From assembly GCA_016649835.1 (NCBI GenBank), contig JAENWX010000002.1, forward strand, positions 1 through 41,801: a stretch of DNA of 41,801 nt, written 5' to 3'. This document shows, in pieces, positions 15,432 to 23,077 of this stretch (within the stretch, counting starts at the first letter, position 1; every line of letters begins with the position of its first letter). Source of the DNA: Minisyncoccota bacterium. Its GTDB lineage: Bacteria > Patescibacteriota > Minisyncoccia > Phycocordibacterales > UBA9973. Under the pieces are notes generated by a model. The model ran no database searches. It was given only the letters and a program-made list of their open reading frames with translations, and was not told the origin of the DNA. The position numbers were made by a program, and so were the translations under genes.

Positions 15432-17264
15432 TTATTGAGTGTTCGCGGCCAGTAGTTCACTCTTGGCTTTTTTAATAGCAAGAATTTGTGATGGGTCAGA
15501 TGTTATAATCTGGTCCTCAGTATAAGAGGCAATTGTTTTTATGGCGACATGTTTTAATCCAGCAAAGAATATACCTTCTCCTACGTTTGCTTCAAGCAAT
15601 AGATATTTTTCTTCATCAGTAAGATTGAATGTTTTTTGAAGTACATCTATGGTTGCTGGGGATTGTTTTAAGAGCAACTGAATAGACGAGTTTGTAACAA
15701 TTGGAATACCATAAGGACTCTTCATAAAGTCCCCTACATCTTGGGTAATAGTAGCAAGTCCCAAGTAGTATTTACGTCCTCTTTTGGCGATAGAATATAG
15801 GAAAGAAGCAGTGTCTTCGGATTTCATCATCCACCAAGCCTCATCTACAACAAGAAGCCTTTTTTTAATATTTTTACGGATAGCATTCCATATATAATGA
15901 GTAATTATATACATAGCAACAGGTTTGAGCTCATCTTCCATGTCTCGAACAGAGAAAACAATAAACTTTCTGTTGATATCTACGTTTGATGGTTGGTTCA
16001 AAAAAGAAGACCAAGAACCGTGTGTAAACTTTACTAAACGTTGCATAAGAGATTCACTACCTTCCATTCCAGATAGAACCACTTCAAAGTCAGACAACAT
16101 TGGGGGTTCAATATTCATAAAATCAGAATCAGAAGTAATGTCTTTTAACGCATAGGTTTCAGTAATAGCTGCATCGATAATAGAATCCTCTTCTGGAGAA
16201 AGGCCTCCAAGCATTATTCTAAATAAACCAACAAGGTTTATAGTGTTTGCTCTTAGGACATCTGCGCCAGTTTCATCTCCGGTAGGTATTGGTAAATCAA
16301 AAGGATTTATGTGGTGGTCAGAAGAAAGAGCGATGTTGAAATATCTTCCTCCTACAGCTTCTGCAAGATACTCATATTCTCTTTCAGGGTCGATAACAAT
16401 AACCTCTGTATCAAACATCAGAGTACGAATAATTTCTAGTTTAGTGGCATAGGATTTACCCGCTCCAGCTGTCGCGAACGTAATAGAGTTGTAGTTTGGT
16501 AGAGAAAATCTATCAAAAAGAATTAGACTAGAATTGTGTCTGTTTACGCCATATAGTATTCCTTTGTCTTCAGTAAGGTCAAAGGAAACGAAAGGAAAAA
16601 TACTTGAAAGAGGTTCAGTATTGAGTTTTTGGTGTATTCCCAAAATATCAGTACCAAGAGGAATAACACTTTTAAATCCTTCGTTTTGTTGAAATAGAGC
16701 TGGTTTTAGATAAATAAGTTTTGAATCAAGAAGAGATTTTATTTCATTTTCTATTTTGAATAAATCATTATCGTTTTCTGCATAAACAGTAATATAAAGA
16801 CCAACATCAAACATTTTTTCTTGAGCCTGCATTAAGTTGTTTCTTAAATCTTCAAGATCTCTGTAGGCAGTGTCTAACATTGGGTCGCGGACTAGACCTT
16901 TTGACTCACGAATAGAAATCTGACTTTGAACCTCAGCTACTTTTTTCTGAAAAGACCTTAATATTTCTGCTGTATCAATAGGGTGTATAAAAATAGAAAC
17001 ATCAAAAACTTTATCTAGGTTTATGATAGGTGAAAACCAGTTATCAGTAAGATATCTAGGATATGATATAACAAAGAAAGTTCTAACTATTCTGTCTCCT
17101 AGGTTAAGAGACTTTGGTGTTATTTGAAGAGCAGAAGGAGCAATAATATCTTGAAGTTCTAGTGTTGCAGCTTTGTATATTTCGCTAGGCAAAATAGGCA
17201 TAACAACACTTTTGTTTTTGTTGATATCATCCCCTTTTCCTAATAATGATGAAAATATTCCCAT
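15432..17264 (-). CDS. virB4: VirB4/TraC/TrbE-like type IV secretion ATPase
   Basis: 610 aa; Walker A FATAGAGKSY; Walker B RLLVVDEAW; N-terminal VirB4-like domain (RTFFVISYPRYL...). Confidence 0.85.
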   Translation of the reverse strand: MGIFSSLLGKGDDINKNKSVVMPILPSEIYKAATLELQDIIAPSALQITPKSLNLGDRIVRTFFVISYPRYLTDNWFSPIINLDKVFDVSIFIHPIDTAEILRSFQKKVAEVQSQISIRESKGLVRDPMLDTAYRDLEDLRNNLMQAQEKMFDVGLYITVYAENDNDLFKIENEIKSLLDSKLIYLKPALFQQNEGFKSVIPLGTDILGIHQKLNTEPLSSIFPFVSFDLTEDKGILYGVNRHNSSLILFDRFSLPNYNSITFATAGAGKSYATKLEIIRTLMFDTEVIVIDPEREYEYLAEAVGGRYFNIALSSDHHINPFDLPIPTGDETGADVLRANTINLVGLFRIMLGGLSPEEDSIIDAAITETYALKDITSDSDFMNIEPPMLSDFEVVLSGMEGSESLMQRLVKFTHGSWSSFLNQPSNVDINRKFIVFSVRDMEDELKPVAMYIITHYIWNAIRKNIKKRLLVVDEAWWMMKSEDTASFLYSIAKRGRKYYLGLATITQDVGDFMKSPYGIPIVTNSSIQLLLKQSPATIDVLQKTFNLTDEEKYLLLEANVGEGIFFAGLKHVAIKTIASYTEDQIITSDPSQILAIKKAKSELLAANTQ

Positions 17265-17279
17265 ATAGTATAGTGTCTA

Positions 17280-17930
17280 TTATTGTAATTTAATTCCTTG
17301 ACTAGTGTCTCCGGGATTAAATGTTTTATAAAAAAGTTCGACAACCTGGTCTGTTTTTAATTGAGATGTTCTTATGCCTACTCTTCCAAGTCCACTCATA
17401 ATAACTCCAACTCTTTGGTCTAGCTGAGTTCTCTTTTCTTCAAATGAAGCCAAGTCCATTGCTTTTTTGGTCTCATCAATTTGTTTTTTTTGAGAACCGC
17501 CAAGAAGACTATCAACCATTGTGCTACCAGGTTTTATTAAAGAGGAACTATATGGGACAACAATAAAGAATGTTTTTGTCATTATATTTACTTCGTCTGT
17601 GAAAGATTTAATAAAATCTATATATTCTTTGGTTTGTATTTTTAAAAGAGGCTCTGCTTGTTCTTTGAGTCTACCCTCTAGCATTAGAAGATAAGGTCTG
17701 ATGTCTAGTCTACGAGACTGCATACATATCTGAGTAGGAAAATCTAACCCGTTTAAAAAATTTTGAAATTCGTTTACAATAGCAGCCTGCTCGTCGGCTG
17801 ATTTGAGAGAAAGGTTTAAAGAAGAAGCAATTAAAATTGCACGAAGACCACCATCTTTTAAAATGATGATACCGTTTCGGACTTCTTTAATTGGGACAAA
17901 TTCCTGAGAACTTTTTGCGCTGATTGCCAT
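17280..17930 (-). CDS. Stand-alone paralog of the VirB4/Tn916-Orf16-type N-terminal domain
   Basis: 216 aa; FVPIKEVRNGIIILKDGGLRAILIASSLNLSLKSADEQAAIVNEFQNFLNGL resembles the N-terminal region of Gram-positive VirB4 homologs; no NTPase motifs. Confidence 0.5.
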   Translation of the reverse strand: MAISAKSSQEFVPIKEVRNGIIILKDGGLRAILIASSLNLSLKSADEQAAIVNEFQNFLNGLDFPTQICMQSRRLDIRPYLLMLEGRLKEQAEPLLKIQTKEYIDFIKSFTDEVNIMTKTFFIVVPYSSSLIKPGSTMVDSLLGGSQKKQIDETKKAMDLASFEEKRTQLDQRVGVIMSGLGRVGIRTSQLKTDQVVELFYKTFNPGDTSQGIKLQ

Positions 17931-17936
17931 AAAGAT

Positions 17937-17971
17937 AATTACAAATTACTGATTACTAATTACTAATTTAA
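17937..17971. repeat. Heptamer array AATTACA AATTACT GATTACT AATTACT AATTTAA
   Basis: Read directly. Confidence 0.7.
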
Positions 17972-17997
17972 ATTCAAACACTACTAGGTCTATCCTC

Positions 17998-18006
17998 ATT
18001 GTATCA
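17998..18006 (-). promoter_or_regulatory. Extended -10 box TGATACAAT (internal promoter candidate for 17280-17930 and virB4-like)
   Basis: Gene-sense ATGATACAAT about 65 nt upstream of the ATG at 17930. Confidence 0.45.
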
Positions 18007-18065
18007 TATAATTCTTGATCGGTTTATTAAATATCAATCTTTTTAACCCATTACTAATTATTAAT

Positions 18066-18096
18066 CATGATTCAAAAGAATCACCCCATGGATTAA
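18066..18096 (-). repeat. Family C 3' hairpin motif
   Basis: Gene-sense TTAATCCATGGGGTGATTCTTTTGAATCA just downstream of the PrgI-like stop. Confidence 0.75.
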
Positions 18097-18114
18097 TTGT
18101 TAATTGTTAATTAT

Positions 18115-18534
18115 TTACTTCCCCTCCTCCCCCTTGTCTTGTACATCCAAACTCCAAGATAAATCTTTTAATTTATTTGTAGTTGTCATGGGTACAATAG
18201 ATACCAAAGGAAGAGCAGAAGGTTCCTCTTCTTTACCCTTTGTTCCTGGCTTAACTAGTCTTTGTCTCCAGATGTATAACTTACTTGAAACCAAATAATT
18301 TAGCCCAGCCTCAAGATAAAAAATAAAAGGCTTCTCATTTATTTTATAAAAAACAAGTAGAAAGGTAAGTACTGCAAAAGGAATAATGAAAAAAATACCA
18401 ATCCATAAAGGAAATATTTTATAAAGCACAAAAACTATACCAGCTCCTCCAATAAGGTATATGAACTGACGAAAAGTAAAAGGACCAAATAGTTTATCCT
18501 CAACATCAATAAATTGTGGTACTTTGAATTGCAT
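18115..18534 (-). CDS. PrgI-family (VirB3-like) small membrane protein
   Basis: MQFKVPQFIDVEDKLFGPFTFRQFIYLIGG followed by two TM helices; start moved to the Met at 18534. Confidence 0.7.
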   Translation of the reverse strand: MQFKVPQFIDVEDKLFGPFTFRQFIYLIGGAGIVFVLYKIFPLWIGIFFIIPFAVLTFLLVFYKINEKPFIFYLEAGLNYLVSSKLYIWRQRLVKPGTKGKEEEPSALPLVSIVPMTTTNKLKDLSWSLDVQDKGEEGK

Positions 18535-18558
18535 ATGATAATAATTACTAATTAACAA

Positions 18559-18587
18559 TTAATCCAGGGGGTGATTCTTTTGAATCA
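18559..18587 (+). repeat. Family C hairpin motif (opposite orientation to the flanking genes)
   Basis: TTAATCCAGGGGGTGATTCTTTTGAATCA. Confidence 0.75.
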
Positions 18588-18651
18588 TGATTACTAATTT
18601 AAAAACAATAACACTACTTTAATCTATTATACTATATAAAAACAAAGTTAC

Positions 18652-19023
18652 TTAACGGTTTTCTTTTGTGGTTTTTTGAATTGCAGTTAATAATTTCAAT
18701 ATTATGGTTATTCCCTCGATATAAACATTAAACTCTTCTTGTGTTATATATTTTCCACCCAATAATAATTTTAACCAATATTCAGTTTCCCTAGCCTCTT
18801 TGTATGAAATAGATATTTTTGATATAAAATCATTTCTTGATTGAGCTCCTATTGATTCCTCTATATTTGCCCCAATAGAAGTACCTGATCTTAAAATTTG
18901 CTTAGATAATACAAATTCATTTCTTTTGATAAGTTTTTTATATAATTCAATTATTAATAAAGCAAAATCAAAACTTTTTTGTTGAATTATATTCTCTCTC
19001 ATTATTATTTGTTTTAATTCCAA
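18652..19023 (-). CDS. Four-helix-bundle protein (23S rRNA intervening-sequence protein / Avd-like family)
   Basis: SKQILRSGTSIGANIEES...YKEARETEYWLKLL is the hallmark of this family; the start could instead be the Met at 19002. Confidence 0.85.
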   Translation of the reverse strand: MELKQIIMRENIIQQKSFDFALLIIELYKKLIKRNEFVLSKQILRSGTSIGANIEESIGAQSRNDFISKISISYKEARETEYWLKLLLGGKYITQEEFNVYIEGITIILKLLTAIQKTTKENR

Positions 19024-19056
19024 TTATTAATCAGTAATTGGTAATTAGTAATTGCC
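19022..19056 (-). repeat. Heptamer array AATTATT AATCAGT AATTGGT AATTAGT AATTGCC
   Basis: Read directly; fills the gap between the 19058 stop and the 19023 start. Confidence 0.7.
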
Positions 19057-19057
19057 T

Positions 19058-20164
19058 CTAGAACGCTTCTCGATACGGGTCGTTTGATTTAGCTGGAGCT
19101 TCGTGGACTTCTTTTGAAGGGTCAGATATTTTTGGAATAGAATAATCTGTAACAACATGGTCACTCATGGTTACACTTTTAAGTTTTTCATCCATAATGT
19201 TTAAAGGAGCACTTTTTATTTCAGGAGAAATTACAGAAGGTTTTGCTTCCCAAACATCTTTTAACTCATCTTTTTCTATTATATCATTAATTTTTTTAGA
19301 CTCTTCTTGTTTTTCCGATGGAGTTTTTTCATTACTAATTTCTAATCCAACTGCCGGAGAGATAGATTCCTCTTTTTTAATAGTTTCTTCATTAGTAATT
19401 ACTTTTTCATAAGGAGGAACTGGAACTTTTTCTATTTCTATTTCATTATTAATTAGTAATTTGTCATTAGTAATTATTTTACCATAAGGAGGAAGAGGAA
19501 CATCTTCTTGTCCTTCATTTACTCTCATTAATTCTCTTATTTTTAATAAAATAGTATCATTAACATCTTTTATTAGGCTGGAAATATCTTCTCTTGGAAT
19601 TGTAATTTTAGAGATAACCTCACTTTCATATTTACTTGGGTGTGTTTCGTTTTTCATTACTTTAACAGTAATGTCTTCTAAAATCCCCATTTGTTCAATA
19701 TTTAGATTGTAGTCTTTGGATATTTTGTATAGTTTTTCTTTCCAATCAGACCTAGCAACAGCCTCCTGTGTTTCTTTTGGCATACCAATAAAACGAGGGT
19801 CTAAGACCAGGGGTTTGTTTTCAAAAACAGCCTTAGGCGACCTATTTATTTTTTTCTCTAAACCCTCTTGTATTTTTTTAAATATTTTATCATCTAAATC
19901 TTTTAATAAAATAAAAACTCCTTCGTCGTTTAACATTAGTTTTTGTTTTAAGCTTTTTTCATATTCATCTGGAAGTAAAATTCCAGACAATAATAATTCT
20001 GTTTCAGTCACAAGGTCTTCTAGTTGTTCCTCTGTATATTGATCCTTCATTCCTCGGATAATTAACTTCCAGTTAACATCATCAATAGCCTCTCTGCTTT
20101 CTTTTGGAAGTAGGTCTCTAGCCTCGTTAATCTTTATTTGTAGTAAATCTATAGAATTATCCAT
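19058..20164 (-). CDS. Acidic hypothetical protein with duplicated N-terminal module and VP(L/V)PPY(G/E)K(I/V)ITN repeats
   Basis: 368 aa, no TM; internal similarity between about aa 20-105 and 130-215; tandem VPLPPYGKIITND / VPVPPYEKVITNE. Confidence 0.55.
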   Translation of the reverse strand: MDNSIDLLQIKINEARDLLPKESREAIDDVNWKLIIRGMKDQYTEEQLEDLVTETELLLSGILLPDEYEKSLKQKLMLNDEGVFILLKDLDDKIFKKIQEGLEKKINRSPKAVFENKPLVLDPRFIGMPKETQEAVARSDWKEKLYKISKDYNLNIEQMGILEDITVKVMKNETHPSKYESEVISKITIPREDISSLIKDVNDTILLKIRELMRVNEGQEDVPLPPYGKIITNDKLLINNEIEIEKVPVPPYEKVITNEETIKKEESISPAVGLEISNEKTPSEKQEESKKINDIIEKDELKDVWEAKPSVISPEIKSAPLNIMDEKLKSVTMSDHVVTDYSIPKISDPSKEVHEAPAKSNDPYREAF

Positions 20165-20178
20165 TTTGTTTATAAAAA

Positions 20179-22719
20179 TTATTTTTTCTCATCTTTTATT
20201 CCAGCTAAAATTTTGTTTGAAGCTTCTCTTTCTCCCCTAAAAGAATGTTGACCTCCTGAGACTACAAAATTAACGGCCTGTGACCACCCTCCTCTATTTG
20301 AAGCAGCATAATTTTCTCTTGTTGTTCTGTTTTTGGATATAACTGCATTTTCAGCATTTTTAACCAATCTTTCTGCGGCGTTAATTGGGCCTTGGGCATC
20401 TGCAAGGGCCTTTTGAATTCCTTCTAGTTTTTCTCTTGTGCCTCCAGTACCATCTCTTCCTCCAACTCCTTTTACTCCATTAATTAAATCATCTCTAACT
20501 GTTCTTGCTCTTGCTGCTGCCGGTTTATTACCAGAATCAACAGCATCTTTTAATGTTCTTTCTGCTGCTGCAATAGCTCTTTCTGATGCCGCAAGAGCTT
20601 TTTCTGCTCCGCCAATTGCAGCAGTTTGTGTTATTATTTCATCTTGTCTATTTACAGAATTCCCATTTGAATCTGTTATTTTTTGGTTTTTTATAACATC
20701 AAGATTGTTTTGGGCGGCATAAACATTTTGTTTTAGTGGTGAATCTTCTCCCACCTCAAGGTCTTTCATTCTCTTTTGTCTCTTTTCAACATGTTCTGCG
20801 CGTGCTTTTGTAAATCCACCCTCTTTTGCTTTTCCGAGGTCTACACCAAGGCTTTTACCTGCAGCAGCTCCAGCTTTGGTTGCACGAGCATCAAAACTTC
20901 CTTTCCCTGCAGCTGTCCCAGTCTTTAATAGCATCTTTGCTGCAAAACCACCAGGGCCACCCTTTGCCTCCATTGCTTTTAGCCTGTCTGAACTAGCAAC
21001 CGCACTTCCAAGTCTTCCCACTGTACCTCTCATTGCAAATGCTGCACCACCTGTCATTGCTCCAACAGCTAGCCCACCAACAACCCCACCCGCCTTAGAC
21101 AAGGATGCTCCTATTTCACCAGACATACTAACAGCAACGTCTTTTGCCTTCATGAGAAGAATCATAATAAATGCAAATGGAACTATAATTTTTATAATCC
21201 AACCTAATCCGCTAACTATCTCTCCGGTTGGGGTTTTAAATGCATCCATAACTCCTAATCCCTTTCCCATAAATCCAACAATTAAATACATAAAGAAAAC
21301 AAAAACAGGAGCTACAAAAGCCATTTTTAATAAATTGGGCCACCATTCCTTCCACCCAATCATTTTAATTCCTTGCATTTGAGGGACAATATAACTAAAG
21401 AAAGCAAGAGGGGCAACTATCATTGAAAGCCAAAGCATCACAACTCTACCTATAAAAATAAGAGCTGTAGATGTGAAAGCAATGATTCCAACTATGTTAA
21501 CTATTGTTGCGAGAAAAACAATTAAAAAGAAACTAGTAAGTGGAATGTCTCCAGTCATAACATTAGTATTTCCAGTGTCAAAACCCGACGATGCTGGTTT
21601 TGCCCTGCTGATCTCCCTAGAGTTTATGATAAGGTTCTGTGGATTAACGCCTGAAACTATTGCCGTTGATAGTTGAAGTTCTCCATATTCACCAAGCACA
21701 CTTGTAACTTTTGTAGACTTGCCATTCTCGTCTTTTTGGGTAATTATTATAGTTTTATCATTATAAAAAACCCTCGCTAAAATATTGGAGGCATCTATAA
21801 CAACCTGTGTGGTAAATAAACTAAAGTTTATAAGAAGGCCTATAATGACTACGTTGATAATCATTTCTTTTGTCTTAACGCTACTTAGATTTAAAATAGT
21901 ACCAAAAGCTATATAAAGTAAAACGAAAATAAAGAATATATTACTAAAATCTTTTACTACTTCCCATCCACTAGTGACAAATTCTGAACGATAAGCCATG
22001 TCACTAATAGAATAATATAAAGTAAAGTCTAAGGCCTTACCAGCAATAGCAAAAACTGCAGACGTTGTTGCAAAAAATAAATAATAAAATCCTTGAGCTA
22101 AACATCCCATAGGGGTGCCAGGAGCACCCAATAATCCACAAGCTGGAAGAGCTCCAGGGCTTTCTGGCTCAACTCCACCTTCGGCACCAGCATTACCATC
22201 AGGAACTAAATCTTGGTCGTATGTTTTATCTGTGCCAGGATTAATTGTTACAACATTACTGTCTATTCGAACGGAGTCCTTCATAATAACAATTTTTACA
22301 TAGTATTCAATTCCTATTACCGTATCAGCAACAGCTGTGGCATCTGAGTAAGTATTTATTTTTTTAGTAGATATATTATAGGTAGTATATTCTCCTTCAA
22401 CCTTAGAAGGAGAAGAAAAACTAAGATTCTCCGTTCCAACTTTTACACCTCCAAAAGTTTCTTTTGTGCTTACAAAATATAATATTTCAGCACCTGCAAG
22501 CTGGTCCTTTTCTGAGGTCAACATTTTAAGACTTCCCGAAACACTAATTACAGGAGAGTTGTCATTTTGGGTTGCAAAAACAACAAGTGTTTTTTCTGCA
22601 GCATGAGCAGTATTTTTTTGTATTGCTATATTATTTTTTACTCCAGTACCAACAGTAAATGGCGCAAATAATTGCACTACAATAAAAAATATTAGAATGT
22701 ATGGTAAGAATTTTTTCAT
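20179..22719 (-). CDS. Large polytopic membrane protein, VirB6/TrbL-like candidate, with an Ala/Gly/Lys-rich C-terminal tail
   Basis: Signal peptide, about 190-aa extracytoplasmic domain, at least 6 TM helices, about 300-aa low-complexity coiled tail; located next to the PrgI-like and VirB4-like genes. Confidence 0.55.
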   Translation of the reverse strand: MKKFLPYILIFFIVVQLFAPFTVGTGVKNNIAIQKNTAHAAEKTLVVFATQNDNSPVISVSGSLKMLTSEKDQLAGAEILYFVSTKETFGGVKVGTENLSFSSPSKVEGEYTTYNISTKKINTYSDATAVADTVIGIEYYVKIVIMKDSVRIDSNVVTINPGTDKTYDQDLVPDGNAGAEGGVEPESPGALPACGLLGAPGTPMGCLAQGFYYLFFATTSAVFAIAGKALDFTLYYSISDMAYRSEFVTSGWEVVKDFSNIFFIFVLLYIAFGTILNLSSVKTKEMIINVVIIGLLINFSLFTTQVVIDASNILARVFYNDKTIIITQKDENGKSTKVTSVLGEYGELQLSTAIVSGVNPQNLIINSREISRAKPASSGFDTGNTNVMTGDIPLTSFFLIVFLATIVNIVGIIAFTSTALIFIGRVVMLWLSMIVAPLAFFSYIVPQMQGIKMIGWKEWWPNLLKMAFVAPVFVFFMYLIVGFMGKGLGVMDAFKTPTGEIVSGLGWIIKIIVPFAFIMILLMKAKDVAVSMSGEIGASLSKAGGVVGGLAVGAMTGGAAFAMRGTVGRLGSAVASSDRLKAMEAKGGPGGFAAKMLLKTGTAAGKGSFDARATKAGAAAGKSLGVDLGKAKEGGFTKARAEHVEKRQKRMKDLEVGEDSPLKQNVYAAQNNLDVIKNQKITDSNGNSVNRQDEIITQTAAIGGAEKALAASERAIAAAERTLKDAVDSGNKPAAARARTVRDDLINGVKGVGGRDGTGGTREKLEGIQKALADAQGPINAAERLVKNAENAVISKNRTTRENYAASNRGGWSQAVNFVVSGGQHSFRGEREASNKILAGIKDEKK

Positions 22720-22832
22720 CCCGTTAGAGATAGTCCCTCAAAGATGGGACGTGTTTGTTTTTGTTAATAATATCTACTTTATCAAAACTTGAAACTCCTG
22801 CTAGAAAGATAACATGCACATCTCTAATGGGA
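22719..22832 (-). repeat. Family A cassette copy 3
   Basis: Gene-sense TCCCATTAGAGATGTGCATG...CTATCTCTAACGGGA+TG; hairpin GTCCC/GGGAC at 22733-22750. Confidence 0.9.
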
Positions 22833-22836
22833 TTCA

Positions 22837-22858
22837 TCCCGTTAGAATCAGGCCATAG
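22837..22858 (-). repeat. Orphan family A terminus (TCCCGTTAGAATCAGGCC...) separated from copy 3 by TTCA
   Basis: Matches the ATG-proximal terminus of the variant copy at 36459; I found no partner terminus. Confidence 0.6.
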
Positions 22859-22896
22859 TGTTTATATTAAATAATTAATATAATTTAATATAAACA
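22859..22896. repeat. Perfect 14-bp AT-rich inverted repeat TGTTTATATTAAAT-N10-ATTTAATATAAACA
   Basis: Read directly. Confidence 0.8.
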
Positions 22897-23033
22897 TTTA
22901 CTTTTAAACCTCGTTTACGTTATCTTTTTTTATAACAAAGCTCTTTTATTATAACAAATTTTCTATAAAACCTTCATTTTTAAAACTTTTTTCTTAACCT
23001 GCCTGCTGGTTATTAATAAGTAATTAGTAATTG

Positions 23034-23062
23034 TGATTCAACAGAATCACCCTATGGGTTAA
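23034..23062 (-). repeat. Family C 3' hairpin motif
   Basis: Gene-sense TTAACCCATAGGGTGATTCTGTTGAATCA downstream of the 23078 stop. Confidence 0.75.
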
Positions 23063-23077
23063 TCATTAATTACTTTC

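Noticed and set aside
18652-19023. Diversity-generating retroelement around the Avd-like four-helix-bundle gene
   Set aside because: The window has no reverse transcriptase ORF, and I saw no template/variable repeat pair with adenine-specific mismatches.
20438-21382. Antisense ORFs 20438-20722 and 20876-21382, rich in Ala/Pro
   Set aside because: They are shadows of the GC-rich Ala/Gly/Lys tail of the VirB6-like gene. A stop-poor antisense frame is expected there.
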